Assembly: GCA_965213675.1 (NCBI GenBank)
Contig: OZ243916.1
Coordinates: 3,808,001 to 3,872,000, forward strand
Length of the DNA stretch: 64,000 nucleotides
Source: an uncultured Candidatus Binatia bacterium
GTDB lineage: Bacteria > Desulfobacterota > Binatia > UBA9968 > JAJDTQ01
Direction of reading: 5' to 3'
Part shown: piece after piece, positions 41,352 through 51,391 of the stretch
Position numbering within the stretch: the first letter of the stretch is position 1
How the letters are laid out: each line of letters begins with the position of its first letter
The notes under the pieces: model-generated
What the model was told of the DNA's origin: nothing
What the model saw: only the letters and a program-made list of their open reading frames with translations
The model's database searches: none
Translations under genes and position numbers: made by a program

Positions 41352-41600
41352 CGGATCCTCATCAATCCTCGCCAGGTCTCGATCTGGCAGACCCAGGATA
41401 GGCGGTTCCTGTACGCGAAATTCGAAGTGCTCACTTGCCACGGCCGGCGTCCCGTGTCAACTTCCTTGCGCCAACCGGCCCTTGGGCGTTGCTCGCATTT
41501 CGGTGTCATCCGGTATAGGTCAGGAACGTTGCCGCCGCCGCCCGCGAGGCTCCGTCGCGCCGCTCCGCGGATCACGCTTCCGACCCGCTCGCGAAACGCC

Positions 41601-42470
41601 ATGATCGCCGAACTGCTTGCCCTGCTCACCGCGTTCTCCTACGCCACGGCCAACGTCTCGGCGCGGTGGGGGCTGCGCTATTCGACTCCGAACACGGCGG
41701 TGGTGTTCTCCCTCGTGGTGCATGCCGTGGGGCTCTCGGCCGTGGTGCTGTTCACCACGGGCATTCCCTCGGTGCCGGCCGCGGCCCTCTATCTCGTCGT
41801 GATCACGGGCGTGCTTCAGACCCTGCTGCGGTTCTGCCACTACCTGGCCATCGCCAAGGTCGGGGTCGCGCGGGCGGTGACGCTGCGCAACACCTACCCC
41901 ATGCTCACGGTATTCATTGGCGTCACCATCCTCGGCGAACAGACCAACGCGCTGAACCTTCTGGGCGTGGGCTCCATCGTCGTCGGCACCGCTCTTACGT
42001 CATGGCGCATGGATGAGCTGGTGGCGGGCTTCCGCCGCTGGCACCTGGTCCTGCCGGCGGCCACCTCCATCCTCACCTCCACGGTGCATCCCATGCGGCG
42101 CTACGTCATGACCCTGGCCGACGAGCCGCTGTTCTTCGCCGCCGTGGTGGGCGTCGTGTCGCTGGGTTGCTTCAGCGGCTATCTGGCCTTGCCGCTTCCG
42201 CGCGAGAAGGTGGTGTGGCACCCGCAAGCGCTGGTGCCGTTCGCGATTTCGGGGGTGGCCGAAACCATGGCGATCCTGCTCCTGTTCTTCGCGCTGGCCG
42301 CGGGTCCGGTGGTGGTGGTGTCGCCCATCGCCGCCACCTCGCCGGTGTGGACCGTGATCCTCGCCAGCATTCTCCTGCGCAAGGTGGAGCGCACCAACCC
42401 CGCCGTGGTCGTGGGCACGCTTCTGGTGGTGGCCGGCGCCGTCTTCGTGACCCTGGGGCGTTACCTGTAG
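41601..42470 (+). CDS. DMT/EamA family transporter
   Basis: Two EamA-like hydrophobic halves; ILGE, VSPIAATSP, LRKVER. Confidence 0.85.
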   Translation: MIAELLALLTAFSYATANVSARWGLRYSTPNTAVVFSLVVHAVGLSAVVLFTTGIPSVPAAALYLVVITGVLQTLLRFCHYLAIAKVGVARAVTLRNTYPMLTVFIGVTILGEQTNALNLLGVGSIVVGTALTSWRMDELVAGFRRWHLVLPAATSILTSTVHPMRRYVMTLADEPLFFAAVVGVVSLGCFSGYLALPLPREKVVWHPQALVPFAISGVAETMAILLLFFALAAGPVVVVSPIAATSPVWTVILASILLRKVERTNPAVVVGTLLVVAGAVFVTLGRYL

Positions 42471-42858
42471 CGTGGCATCATCCGGCGAGGCGACCTTGTT
42501 ATCCCTTCCGCCAAGTCCAGGGGATCGCCGCACCGCTACCGGGTGAACTCGCCGCGCCAAAGGCGCTGGGCGAACGGGGCAGCCGTGAGGATGTCGATGC
42601 CGTCATCCGTGCGGCGGGCGCGTGGTTCCAGTGAGACATCTTCGCTGGCTTCGCGATGGGCGACGAACGCCGACCGCCCGTGAAAGATACAGTTCGTGGA
42701 CGCCTTGCATCCAGGACGCGGTTCGTGTCCATGGATGCGCGCAACCTGCAATCATCACGCGCCAGTGGTATGCTGTCAGCGTCGCACTGGCGGGCGCGCG
42801 TACGTTGCGTACGTTGTTTCATCGCGCGGGCCGCTCCACGATACCGGGAACAGGAAGC

Positions 42859-44787
42859 ATGGGCAGCCAGGACGTACAACGCGAAGAGGACGCCGCCGAG
42901 TTGCGCGCGTTCATCGCGCACCTGTTGCGCGACGTGCAGGCGCTGGAGCGCATGCTTGACGGTGGCATGATCGAGTCGGGCGTGCATCGCATCGGTGTGG
43001 AGCAGGAGTTGTTCCTGGTGGACGGGGCGCGGCGTCCGGCCATGCTCGCGCTGGAGTTGCTGGAGCGGGTGGCGGACCCTCACTACACGACCGAGTTGGG
43101 GCTCTTCAACCTGGAGATCAACCTCGATCCGCTGTGGTTCGGCGGCGACTGCCTGAGCCTGCTGGAGGGACAGCTTCAGTCCGCGCTGCAGCGGTTGCGG
43201 GAAGCGGCCCACGAGCACGACGCCGAGGTGGTGTTGACAGGGATCCTGCCGACGCTGCGCAAGTCCGACCTGGCCATGGCGCACATGACGCCGCGTCCGC
43301 GTTACCGGGCGCTCAACGCGGTGCTCACCCAACGTCGCGGCGGCGACTACGAATTCCGCCTCAAGGGCGCGGACGAGTTGAGCATCCGGCACGACTCGGT
43401 GATGCTGGAGTCCGGCTGCACGAGCTTCCAGGTGCACTACCAGGTGGAGCCGGGGGAGTTCGCCCGGTGCTACAACCTGGCGCAACTCGTCACCGCGCCG
43501 TTGCTGGCGGCGGCGGCCAACTCGCCGCTGCTGTTTGGACGCCGGCTGTGGCGCGAGACGCGCATCCCGCTGTTCCAGCAATCCATCGACACGCGCCGGG
43601 CGGGCCATCACATGCGCGAGCGCGCGGCGCGCGTGAGCTTCGGCCAGAAGTGGGTGCGGGAGTCCATTCTGGAGCTGATCCAGGAAGACTTGGCGCGCTT
43701 CCGGGTGTTGCTGGGGGCGTCCCTGGAGGAAGACTCCCTGGAGGTGCTGGCGCGCGGCGGCCTGCCGACGCTGCCGGCCCTGCGCACCCATACCGGCACC
43801 GTGTACCGCTGGAACCGGGCCTGTTTCGGCACGGGCGAGGGGCGGGCGCACATCCGCATCGAGAACCGCGTGCTGCCCTCGGGTCCCACCATCCTGGATG
43901 AGGTGGCCAACACCGCTTTCTTCCTGGGAATGCTGCGGGGCGGCCAGGAGGCTTACGGCGACGTGTCCGAATCCATGCCCTTCCACGACGCGGAGGCCAA
44001 CTTCCTGGCGGCGGCGCAGCGCGGGTTGAGCGCGCAGTTCACCTGGGTGGACGGCGCCACCGCGCCGGCGGACGACCTCATCCGCCGGGAGTTGCTGCCG
44101 CTGGCGTGGCAGGGGCTCAGAGGCGCCGGCCTCGACGCCGCGGATGTGGACCGTTACCTGGGAGTGATCGAACAGCGGGTGGCGTCGCGCCGGAACGGCG
44201 CCTCCTGGCTGCTGCGCTCACTCGCGGACATGCAGGGCGCGGACACGCAGGACGCGCTTCTGAGCGCCCTCGTGGCGGCGACCATCAGCCGGCAATGGGA
44301 GGGGACGCCGGTGCACGAATGGCCATTGGCGAAGGTCGAGGAGGGCCGCGGCGGCAAGCCCCAGGCCCTGCGCATCGAGGAATTCATGACCACCGATCTG
44401 ATCACGGTCCACCCGGATGAACCCGTGGACCTCGTCATCCGCCTCATGGACTGGCGGCGCATCCGGCACGTGCCCGTGGAGGATGAGGACGGCAAGGTGG
44501 CGGGTTTGCTCTCCTGTTTCGAGGCCCTGCGCCAGTGGGGTCCGGCGGCGCCAGGGGAAGGCGGCGCGCCGGTGCCGGTGCGCGAGGTCATGCAGCCGGA
44601 TCCCGTGACCATCGCGCCGGAGGCCACGGTCTCCGATGCGGTGGCGCGCATGCGCGCGGCGCGGAGCGACTACCTGTTGGTGGTCAAGGAGGACCGGCTG
44701 GTGGGAATCGTCACCGAGAGCGACATCCTCCAGCTCACGGCGCGTCTCCTGGAACAGCTTGGTGGCGGCGGCGCGGCGGATGGTTGA
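42859..44787 (+). CDS. Glutamate-cysteine ligase family 2 (GCS2)-like carboxylate-amine ligase with C-terminal CBS pair
   Basis: IGVEQELFLVD, TELGLFNLEINL, SFQVH, NSPLLFG, RIENRVLPSGPT; CBS repeats FMTTDLITVHPD..RHVPV and VMQPDPVTIAP..LVGIVTESD. Confidence 0.82.
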   Translation: MGSQDVQREEDAAELRAFIAHLLRDVQALERMLDGGMIESGVHRIGVEQELFLVDGARRPAMLALELLERVADPHYTTELGLFNLEINLDPLWFGGDCLSLLEGQLQSALQRLREAAHEHDAEVVLTGILPTLRKSDLAMAHMTPRPRYRALNAVLTQRRGGDYEFRLKGADELSIRHDSVMLESGCTSFQVHYQVEPGEFARCYNLAQLVTAPLLAAAANSPLLFGRRLWRETRIPLFQQSIDTRRAGHHMRERAARVSFGQKWVRESILELIQEDLARFRVLLGASLEEDSLEVLARGGLPTLPALRTHTGTVYRWNRACFGTGEGRAHIRIENRVLPSGPTILDEVANTAFFLGMLRGGQEAYGDVSESMPFHDAEANFLAAAQRGLSAQFTWVDGATAPADDLIRRELLPLAWQGLRGAGLDAADVDRYLGVIEQRVASRRNGASWLLRSLADMQGADTQDALLSALVAATISRQWEGTPVHEWPLAKVEEGRGGKPQALRIEEFMTTDLITVHPDEPVDLVIRLMDWRRIRHVPVEDEDGKVAGLLSCFEALRQWGPAAPGEGGAPVPVREVMQPDPVTIAPEATVSDAVARMRAARSDYLLVVKEDRLVGIVTESDILQLTARLLEQLGGGGAADG

Positions 44788-45970
44788 TTCATTGGCATCC
44801 GCGCGCGCGTTCCCGCGTATTTTGGGCAGCTACGGCGGCGACAGTCCCGGACCGCTGGTCATCGGCATCGGCGGCATGCACGGCAACGAGCCCGCAGGCG
44901 CGTTGGCATTGCAACGGGCGCTCGAAATCCTGCGGGCGCACGACGTGCCCTTCCGGGGCAAGCTCGTGGGCTTTGCCGGCAACCGCGCCGCCCTGGCCCA
45001 GGGCCGCCGCTACGTGAACGAGGACTTCAACCGCGTCTGGTCCCAGGAACGCGTGCGCCGGATACGCGCGGAAGTCTCCGCGACCGATACCACCGCCGAG
45101 CAACGCGAGCAGCGCGAACTGCTCGCATGCCTGGACGACGAGCTGGCGCAACGCCGCGGGCCGGTGGTGTGCCTCGACCTCCACACCACCTCGGCCGCGG
45201 GCACGCCCTTCGTGGTCATGGGGGATACCCTGTTGAACCGCCGTTTCGGCTTCCGGCTGCGCGCCCCGGTGGTGCTCGGGCTGGAGGAGCGCCTGGAGAG
45301 CACGATTCTCAACCACCTGGGGGAGCAAGGGTACGTCGCCGTGGGCTTCGAGGGCGGCCAGCACGAATCGCCCGCCGCGGTGACCACGCACCTGGCGACC
45401 ATCCGCACGATGCTCGCCACCGCGGGCTGCATCCGCGCGGAAGACTTTCCGCTCCCCGGCGGGGGCCTGGAGCCACGCGACGAGGCGACGGACGGGTTGC
45501 CGCCGGTGGTGGTGGAAATTCGCCAGCATCATGTGATCCGGGACGGCGACGACTTCGTCATGGAGCCCGGTTTCACGAACTTCCAGCCGGTGGAGCGCGG
45601 CCAACTCCTGGCGCGCGACCGCCGCGGTCCCATCCGTGCCAGCGAGTCCGGTCAGATCCTCATGCCGCTGTACCAGGGGCAGGGCAACGACGGGTTCTTC
45701 CTGATCCGGCGGGTGCGTCCGTTCTGGCTGCGGCTCGCCGAGTGGCTGCGCCGGATGCGCATCGACCGCCTGCTGCCGGCCTTGCCGGGAGTTCGTCGAT
45801 ACCAGGATGCGCCGGGAACCCTCGTGGTGGACCCGCGGGTCGCCCGGTGGTTCGTGGTGGAGCTGTTCCACCTGCTGGGCTTCCGCAAGCGGCAATCCCG
45901 CGAAGGCAAGCTGATCGTCAGCCGGCGCTGGCACGAGTCCCACGCGTTCGACGAACGGCCGGCTCCGTAG
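44780..45970 (+). CDS. Succinylglutamate desuccinylase/aspartoacylase (M14-like Zn hydrolase) family protein
   Basis: GGMHGNE, DFNR, LDLHTTS, FEGGQH, PGFTNF; 8-nt overlap with the ligase gene. Confidence 0.85.
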   Translation: MVDSLASARAFPRILGSYGGDSPGPLVIGIGGMHGNEPAGALALQRALEILRAHDVPFRGKLVGFAGNRAALAQGRRYVNEDFNRVWSQERVRRIRAEVSATDTTAEQREQRELLACLDDELAQRRGPVVCLDLHTTSAAGTPFVVMGDTLLNRRFGFRLRAPVVLGLEERLESTILNHLGEQGYVAVGFEGGQHESPAAVTTHLATIRTMLATAGCIRAEDFPLPGGGLEPRDEATDGLPPVVVEIRQHHVIRDGDDFVMEPGFTNFQPVERGQLLARDRRGPIRASESGQILMPLYQGQGNDGFFLIRRVRPFWLRLAEWLRRMRIDRLLPALPGVRRYQDAPGTLVVDPRVARWFVVELFHLLGFRKRQSREGKLIVSRRWHESHAFDERPAP

Positions 45971-46147
45971 GCCCGCCGCAAGGGGCTTCGTTCCCGCATG
46001 TAGAGGCGCGTGGAGGGCCGTTCGTGCGTTCGGCAGCCACGTCTGGCGGGTACGGAGCGGATTGCCCGACGACAAGAAATCCTGAAATCGGGGCTTGCAA
46101 CCCGTGATTATATGAAATAGGTAGGACATCCGGCGGAATTTCGCCGA

Positions 46148-48013
46148 ATGAAATCCACCGAAATGGACATCGTGCAATACGCAAGAACCGGGGCAGCAGT
46201 CATCGCGCTGGCCCTCGGGATGGGCCACGGACTCATCGTCGCGGATGCGTCCGCACAGGCCGGTGCGCCGGTCAAGACTGCCTCGTTGCGTCTGCCCGAC
46301 GCCGAAGAGCCCCGGGTCACGCGCCTGCCGAAGCTCCTGTCCCGGCGTGACGTCACCCTCTACCGTCGAGTGTTCGAGTTGCAGGAAGCCGGGCGCTGGC
46401 GAGAAGCGGATGTCCTCATCAAGGGTATCCGGAACCGAATGCTCATGGGCCATGTGCGCTTTCAGCGCCTGATGCACCCGACGCGCTACCGCTCGTCCTA
46501 CGGCGAGTTGTGGACGTGGATGGAGGCGTACGCGGATCACCCGGGCGCCCGGCGCATCTACCGGCTGGCCAAGCGCCGTCAGCCCGAAGGCTGGAAGTCG
46601 CCCCGGTCACCGGCCCGGGCGATGCTGGCGCCTGAACTCGAGTCCGATCCGGAACCGCTCACGGTGCGGGCCGGCGGCGAGCCCCGCCGCCGGGATGCCG
46701 GAAGAGGCGCGCCCGCCCTTTCACGCGAGGCGCGGGAGGTCCGGCGAACGGTCCAGCGGTGGGTGTCCAAGGGAAGGGTCACCGACGCCCTCCGTTTTCT
46801 GGAGAGCCGGGGTCGTGAAGGCCTGTTGGACGCCGTGACCTTCGACGACACTCTGGTGTGGATCGCGCGGGGTTATTTCGTCTTCGGCAAGGACCGCGAG
46901 GCCCTGGCCTTGGCGCAACGGGCGCTGGCGCGGTCCAACCGCCGCGTCCCCTTGGCGTGCTGGTGGGCGGGGATGGCTGCCTGGCGCCTGGGGAAACCCC
47001 TGGCCGCGGGCGACTATTTCCGCCAACTGGCGGAGTCGCGGTCGGTGACGCCGTGGCTGGCGTCCGCCGGCGGTTACTGGGCCAGCCGCTCGTATCAGGC
47101 GGCCGGCAAGCCGGATCGCGTGGTTCCCATGCTGCGCGCGGCGGCACGGTACCCGCGTACCTTCTACGGGCTCCTGGCCCTGACCGCGCTGCGCCGGGAA
47201 CCCTCCCTGGACTTCGGCATGCGCCGCCTCAACGCCGCGGACCTGGAAGCCTTGCTGAGCATGGAGCCGGTGCGCCGCGCCCTGGCCTTGATTCAGGTGG
47301 GGGAGCATGTGCGCGCGGGCGACGAGCTGCGGCGCTACGCGCACCGCCTGTCTCCACGGATGGCCCGGGTGATGCTGGCCCTCGCGTCCGAATCGGGCTT
47401 GGCGGATCTGTCGTACCGCACGGCCGAGAGTCTGCTGACGCGTACCGGTGTGCCCGTGGACGCGGCGCTTTTTCCCTTGCCGGTGTGGGAGCCGGACGGC
47501 GGCTACACCGTGGACCGCGCGGTGGTGCTCGCCGTCATGCGCCAGGAATCGAAGTTCCGGGCGCGCATCCGCAGCCCACGCGGGGCGCGCGGGCTGATGC
47601 AACTCATGCCGCGCACCGCCAGCGTCATGGCCGGAGATCGGTATCGCGGCGCGCGCCGTCACGAGTTGATGGATCCGGTGCTCAACGTCACCCTGGGCCA
47701 GAAGTATCTCCGTTACCTGCTTTCCCAAGAGGAGATTCGCGGCAACCTCTTCTTCGCGCTGGCCGCCTACAACAGCGGTCCGACGAAGTTGCGGCAATGG
47801 AAGCGCCGGGTGGACTACCGGGACGATCCGTTGCTGTTCATCGAAAGCATACCCAGTTGGGAGACGCGCATCTTCATCGAGCGCGTGCTCAGCAACATGT
47901 GGATCTACCGGATGCGCTTCGGCCAACCGACGCACTCGTTGAAAAGCGTGGTGTCCGGAGGCTGGCCCCGCTATGTCCCCATGGACCCCGTCCACCCTCC
48001 CGCCCGTTCCTGA
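46148..48013 (+). CDS. Soluble lytic murein transglycosylase (Slt-like)
   Basis: Signal-like N-terminus, helical region, catalytic MRQESKF, ARGLMQLMP, AAYNSG, FIESIP. Confidence 0.88.
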   Translation: MKSTEMDIVQYARTGAAVIALALGMGHGLIVADASAQAGAPVKTASLRLPDAEEPRVTRLPKLLSRRDVTLYRRVFELQEAGRWREADVLIKGIRNRMLMGHVRFQRLMHPTRYRSSYGELWTWMEAYADHPGARRIYRLAKRRQPEGWKSPRSPARAMLAPELESDPEPLTVRAGGEPRRRDAGRGAPALSREAREVRRTVQRWVSKGRVTDALRFLESRGREGLLDAVTFDDTLVWIARGYFVFGKDREALALAQRALARSNRRVPLACWWAGMAAWRLGKPLAAGDYFRQLAESRSVTPWLASAGGYWASRSYQAAGKPDRVVPMLRAAARYPRTFYGLLALTALRREPSLDFGMRRLNAADLEALLSMEPVRRALALIQVGEHVRAGDELRRYAHRLSPRMARVMLALASESGLADLSYRTAESLLTRTGVPVDAALFPLPVWEPDGGYTVDRAVVLAVMRQESKFRARIRSPRGARGLMQLMPRTASVMAGDRYRGARRHELMDPVLNVTLGQKYLRYLLSQEEIRGNLFFALAAYNSGPTKLRQWKRRVDYRDDPLLFIESIPSWETRIFIERVLSNMWIYRMRFGQPTHSLKSVVSGGWPRYVPMDPVHPPARS

Positions 48014-48206
48014 CGCCCTGATGCGCGACGGGGGTCTTCCCTGCCGTCGAGTCCCGGAATGACGGGACCCGTCCAGGAAACTCAAACGTTTCCAAGCCAC
48101 TGAATCGAGAGAACTCGTGCGGACGCTTGCGGCCGGCCGTTGGGTGCGATAGGGGTGTGCCAACGTGGGCCGAGTCGAGTGGGTCCCAGTCAGACAGGAG
48201 GACGTC

Positions 48207-49250
48207 ATGATGAAAGCGCATTCGCGTCTCCGTGAGATCACGTTACTGGTTGCCGTTGCCTTGATGGGCACCGGCTCGATGGCCGGAGCGGCGGACTTCT
48301 ACGCCGGCAAGACCATCACCATCGTCTGTCCCTATTCCACGGGCGGCACCTATGACCGCATGTCGCGTCTGGTGGCCCGGTTCCTCCCCGGGCATATCCC
48401 CGGCAACCCGGCGGCCATCGTGCACAACCGCCCGGGCGCCGGCGGCCTGATCGGGCTGCGCTCGGTCTACAAGGCCGAGCCCGACGGCCTGTCGCTGATC
48501 CACTTCACCAGCCCCATGGTGGTGCGAAGCCTGACCGGGGGCATCAAGGACATCGATTTCAAGAAACTGACATGGCTCGGCAGTGTGGGCGGCGCGCACT
48601 ACATCTTCGCGATGCGGTCGGAACGGCCCGAGCGCAGCATCAAGGATTTCCAGACGGCCGGGACGCCCATTCGCGTCGGCGCGTCGGGGCCGAGTTCGCT
48701 GCTGACCCAGGCGCCCAAGTTCTTGCAGCGGGCGGGCAAGTTCAACCTCCGGCTGGTGGCGGGCTACAAGGGGTACAACCCCATGGCCCTCGCCATGAAG
48801 CAGAACGAGGTGGACGCGGTGTCCACGGCGGGCTCGGCGGTGATGGTCAATTCGGCCACCCGCGAGATGCACAAGGACGGCACCATCAAGCTGGTGCTCT
48901 CCCTGGGCGGGGCGCCGCCGCCGGAACCCCTGAAGGCGGAGGTCGCGGCGCTTCCGAAGTTCGTGGACGCCATCGACGATCCCAAGGACCGCGACGCCTG
49001 GCTGGCGTTCTCCGGCCTCCTGAGCGCAAGCCGTCCGTTCGCGGCGACCCCGGGACTGCCGCCCGAGCGCGCCGCCATCCTGAAGAAGGGCATGGCGGAC
49101 ATGATGGCGGATCCGGAGTTCCGCAAGACCGCCACCGAACAGGGCTTCGTGCTCAATACGTTGACGGCCGGGGAAGCGCAGAATCTGATCCTCTCGGTGT
49201 TCAACCTGTCCGCCGACATCCAGGAACGGTTGAAGGCGTTGCTGAAATAG
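48207..49250 (+). CDS. TctC/Bug-like substrate-binding protein
   Basis: AGGAGG SD; DFYAGKTITIV, GGTYD, NRPGAGG, EPDG, GYKG. Confidence 0.88.
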   Translation: MMKAHSRLREITLLVAVALMGTGSMAGAADFYAGKTITIVCPYSTGGTYDRMSRLVARFLPGHIPGNPAAIVHNRPGAGGLIGLRSVYKAEPDGLSLIHFTSPMVVRSLTGGIKDIDFKKLTWLGSVGGAHYIFAMRSERPERSIKDFQTAGTPIRVGASGPSSLLTQAPKFLQRAGKFNLRLVAGYKGYNPMALAMKQNEVDAVSTAGSAVMVNSATREMHKDGTIKLVLSLGGAPPPEPLKAEVAALPKFVDAIDDPKDRDAWLAFSGLLSASRPFAATPGLPPERAAILKKGMADMMADPEFRKTATEQGFVLNTLTAGEAQNLILSVFNLSADIQERLKALLK

Positions 49251-49279
49251 TCCGACCCGACATCGCTCCGTAGCGCATC

Positions 49280-50758
49280 ATGGCGCTCGATGCCTTTCTG
49301 GAAGCCCTCGGCATCACCTTCACGCTCCCCGTGCTTGGCGGGGTTCTGCTGGGGCTTGTGCTGGGGCTTGTCTTCGGCGCGGTGCCGGGCCTGAACGCGG
49401 TGCTCGGCATCGTGCTGCTGCTCCCTTTCGTGTGGACGCTGTCGCCCTTCGTGGCGTTCGCCATCATGCTGTCCCTGGTCTCGTCGGTGCACACCTCCAA
49501 CACGTTCCCGGCATTCTTCTTCAACGTCCCCGGCAGCCCGAGCGCCGCCGCCACCATCCTGGACGGTTACCCCATGGCGCGGAACGGCGACGCCGCCCGG
49601 GGCCTCACCGCGGCCTTCACGGTATCGGCCGTGGGCGGCATCATCGGCGCGCTGGTGCTGTGGGTGGCCCTGCCCGCGCTGCAGCCGGTGGTGCTCGCCT
49701 TCGCCGCGCCGGAACGCTTCATGCTGGTGGTGCTGGGCATCCTGATGATCAGCTTCCTGAGCGGCGCCAAGCCGGTGAAGGGATTGCTGGCGGGCGCCCT
49801 GGGGCTCTGGCTCGGCACCGTGGGGCAGGATCCGCAACTGGGGGTGGCGCGTTTCACCTTCGGCTCGGACTACCTGCTGGACGGGCTGCACACCGTCCCC
49901 ATCATCATGGGCCTGTTCGCCTTGCCCGAAGTGGTATCCCTGGCCATGCGCGGGAGCATCGCGGAGCGCACCCACGTGGACATGGGGGAGGGGTTCCGGC
50001 CGGGGATCCGCGCATGCATCGCCAATCGCTGGCTGGTGGTCCGGAGCGCCATCGTGGGCGTGGTGGGCGGCGCGATTCCGGGCATCGGCGGTACCGCCGC
50101 GGCGTTCTACGCCTACGGCATGGCGGTACAGGGCGCTGGCGCGGCGGAGCGCGAGCGTTTCGGCAAGGGCGAGATCAAGGGAGTCATCGCGCCGGAGAGC
50201 GCCAACAACGCCTCCGCCGGCGGGGAGTTGGTGCCGCTGCTGGCCTTCGGCGTGCCCGGGGGAGCGACCTCGGCCATCCTCCTGGCGGCGTTCCTGATCC
50301 TGGGCATCAACCCCGGCCCCGAGATGCTGGGCGAGAAGTTGTCCTTGAGCTTCTCCATGGTCCTCGTGCTGATGCTGTCGAACTTGCTGGCCACGGGCGT
50401 GTGCATCGCCATCACCCGTCCGGCGGCGCGCATCGCCTTTCTCAGGAGCAACCTGCTGATCCCGGGGCTGTTGCTGTTCGTCCTGTTCGGCTCGTACGTG
50501 GCCTATCCGCACCCCTTGACCCTGGTGCTGACCCTGGTGTTCGGCGTCCTGGGCTACTTCATGATGCGGCTCGATTGGGCGCGGGCGCCGCTGCTGGTGG
50601 GTTTCATCCTGGGACCCCTGGCGGAGAACAACCTGGCCATCTCGTTGTCCAGCTACGGCATGGCGTTTCTCGCCCGGCCCATCCCGCTGGCATGCATGGC
50701 GGTCATGGTGCTGGTGGCCTTCGTGGCGGTGCGCCGGGGGGCAGGGCGCCAACCATGA
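49280..50758 (+). CDS. TctA-like large membrane subunit
   Basis: GAVPGL, NVPG, ATILDGYPMA, GVIAPESANNA, FGVPG, INPGP. Confidence 0.9.
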   Translation: MALDAFLEALGITFTLPVLGGVLLGLVLGLVFGAVPGLNAVLGIVLLLPFVWTLSPFVAFAIMLSLVSSVHTSNTFPAFFFNVPGSPSAAATILDGYPMARNGDAARGLTAAFTVSAVGGIIGALVLWVALPALQPVVLAFAAPERFMLVVLGILMISFLSGAKPVKGLLAGALGLWLGTVGQDPQLGVARFTFGSDYLLDGLHTVPIIMGLFALPEVVSLAMRGSIAERTHVDMGEGFRPGIRACIANRWLVVRSAIVGVVGGAIPGIGGTAAAFYAYGMAVQGAGAAERERFGKGEIKGVIAPESANNASAGGELVPLLAFGVPGGATSAILLAAFLILGINPGPEMLGEKLSLSFSMVLVLMLSNLLATGVCIAITRPAARIAFLRSNLLIPGLLLFVLFGSYVAYPHPLTLVLTLVFGVLGYFMMRLDWARAPLLVGFILGPLAENNLAISLSSYGMAFLARPIPLACMAVMVLVAFVAVRRGAGRQP

Positions 50759-51198
50759 CGGGTGCGCGCGAGATTGCCCTGGGCGGCGCGTTCGCGGCGC
50801 TGTTCGCTTGCGTGGTCGTGATCGCGACGGAGTGGGAACCCGAAACCGCCACGTTCCCGCTGCTCATCGGTGCGGTGGGGTTGGGGCTGGCGGTGTGGGC
50901 GGTGGCCGGCGACGTGATGCGCCGGCGGCGCGGGGCCGCCGAGGTTGCCGCGGCCACCGGCGCCGACATGGCGCGGGCGCGAGCGGCATTCGCGTGGATC
51001 GCGGTGTTCTTCGCGCTGGTGCTGCTGATGGGCTTCCGCGGGGGCCTGCCGCTGGCGGTGCTGGCCTACTATCGCCTGGAAGCGCGAGTGGGCTGGGTGG
51101 CGGCCGCCGCCGCCGCGCTCGCATGCGCGGCGTTCCTCCATGCCGCCGTGGCGTACCTTCACCTCCCGCTTTACCGGGGCTTCGCGTTCCAGCCGTAA
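50755..51198 (+). CDS. TctB-like small membrane subunit
   Basis: ATGA overlap with tctA; hydrophobic, FP and LPLYRG motifs. Confidence 0.75.
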   Translation: MTGAREIALGGAFAALFACVVVIATEWEPETATFPLLIGAVGLGLAVWAVAGDVMRRRRGAAEVAAATGADMARARAAFAWIAVFFALVLLMGFRGGLPLAVLAYYRLEARVGWVAAAAAALACAAFLHAAVAYLHLPLYRGFAFQP

Positions 51199-51391
51199 TC
51201 GGGCGCGGCTTCCTGCTCGTGATGGGCTACGTCCTCAAACTCCGTGTCATGGCGTCATGATTCGCCGCCTCACCTCACGTTCGCACCGTGTGAAGAACCC
51301 CGGCGGGGGCGACCGCCGGTGGCCCGCGCCAGGACGGGTTCCCGGTTGACCATGGCGCAGCCGGAATGACGGGCTCGTCACAGCCGTTCCG

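Noticed and set aside
42471-42858. Possible gene remnant or N-terminal extension of the GCS2 ligase
   Set aside because: There is no recognisable motif, and the ligase has a plausible SD and start at 42859.
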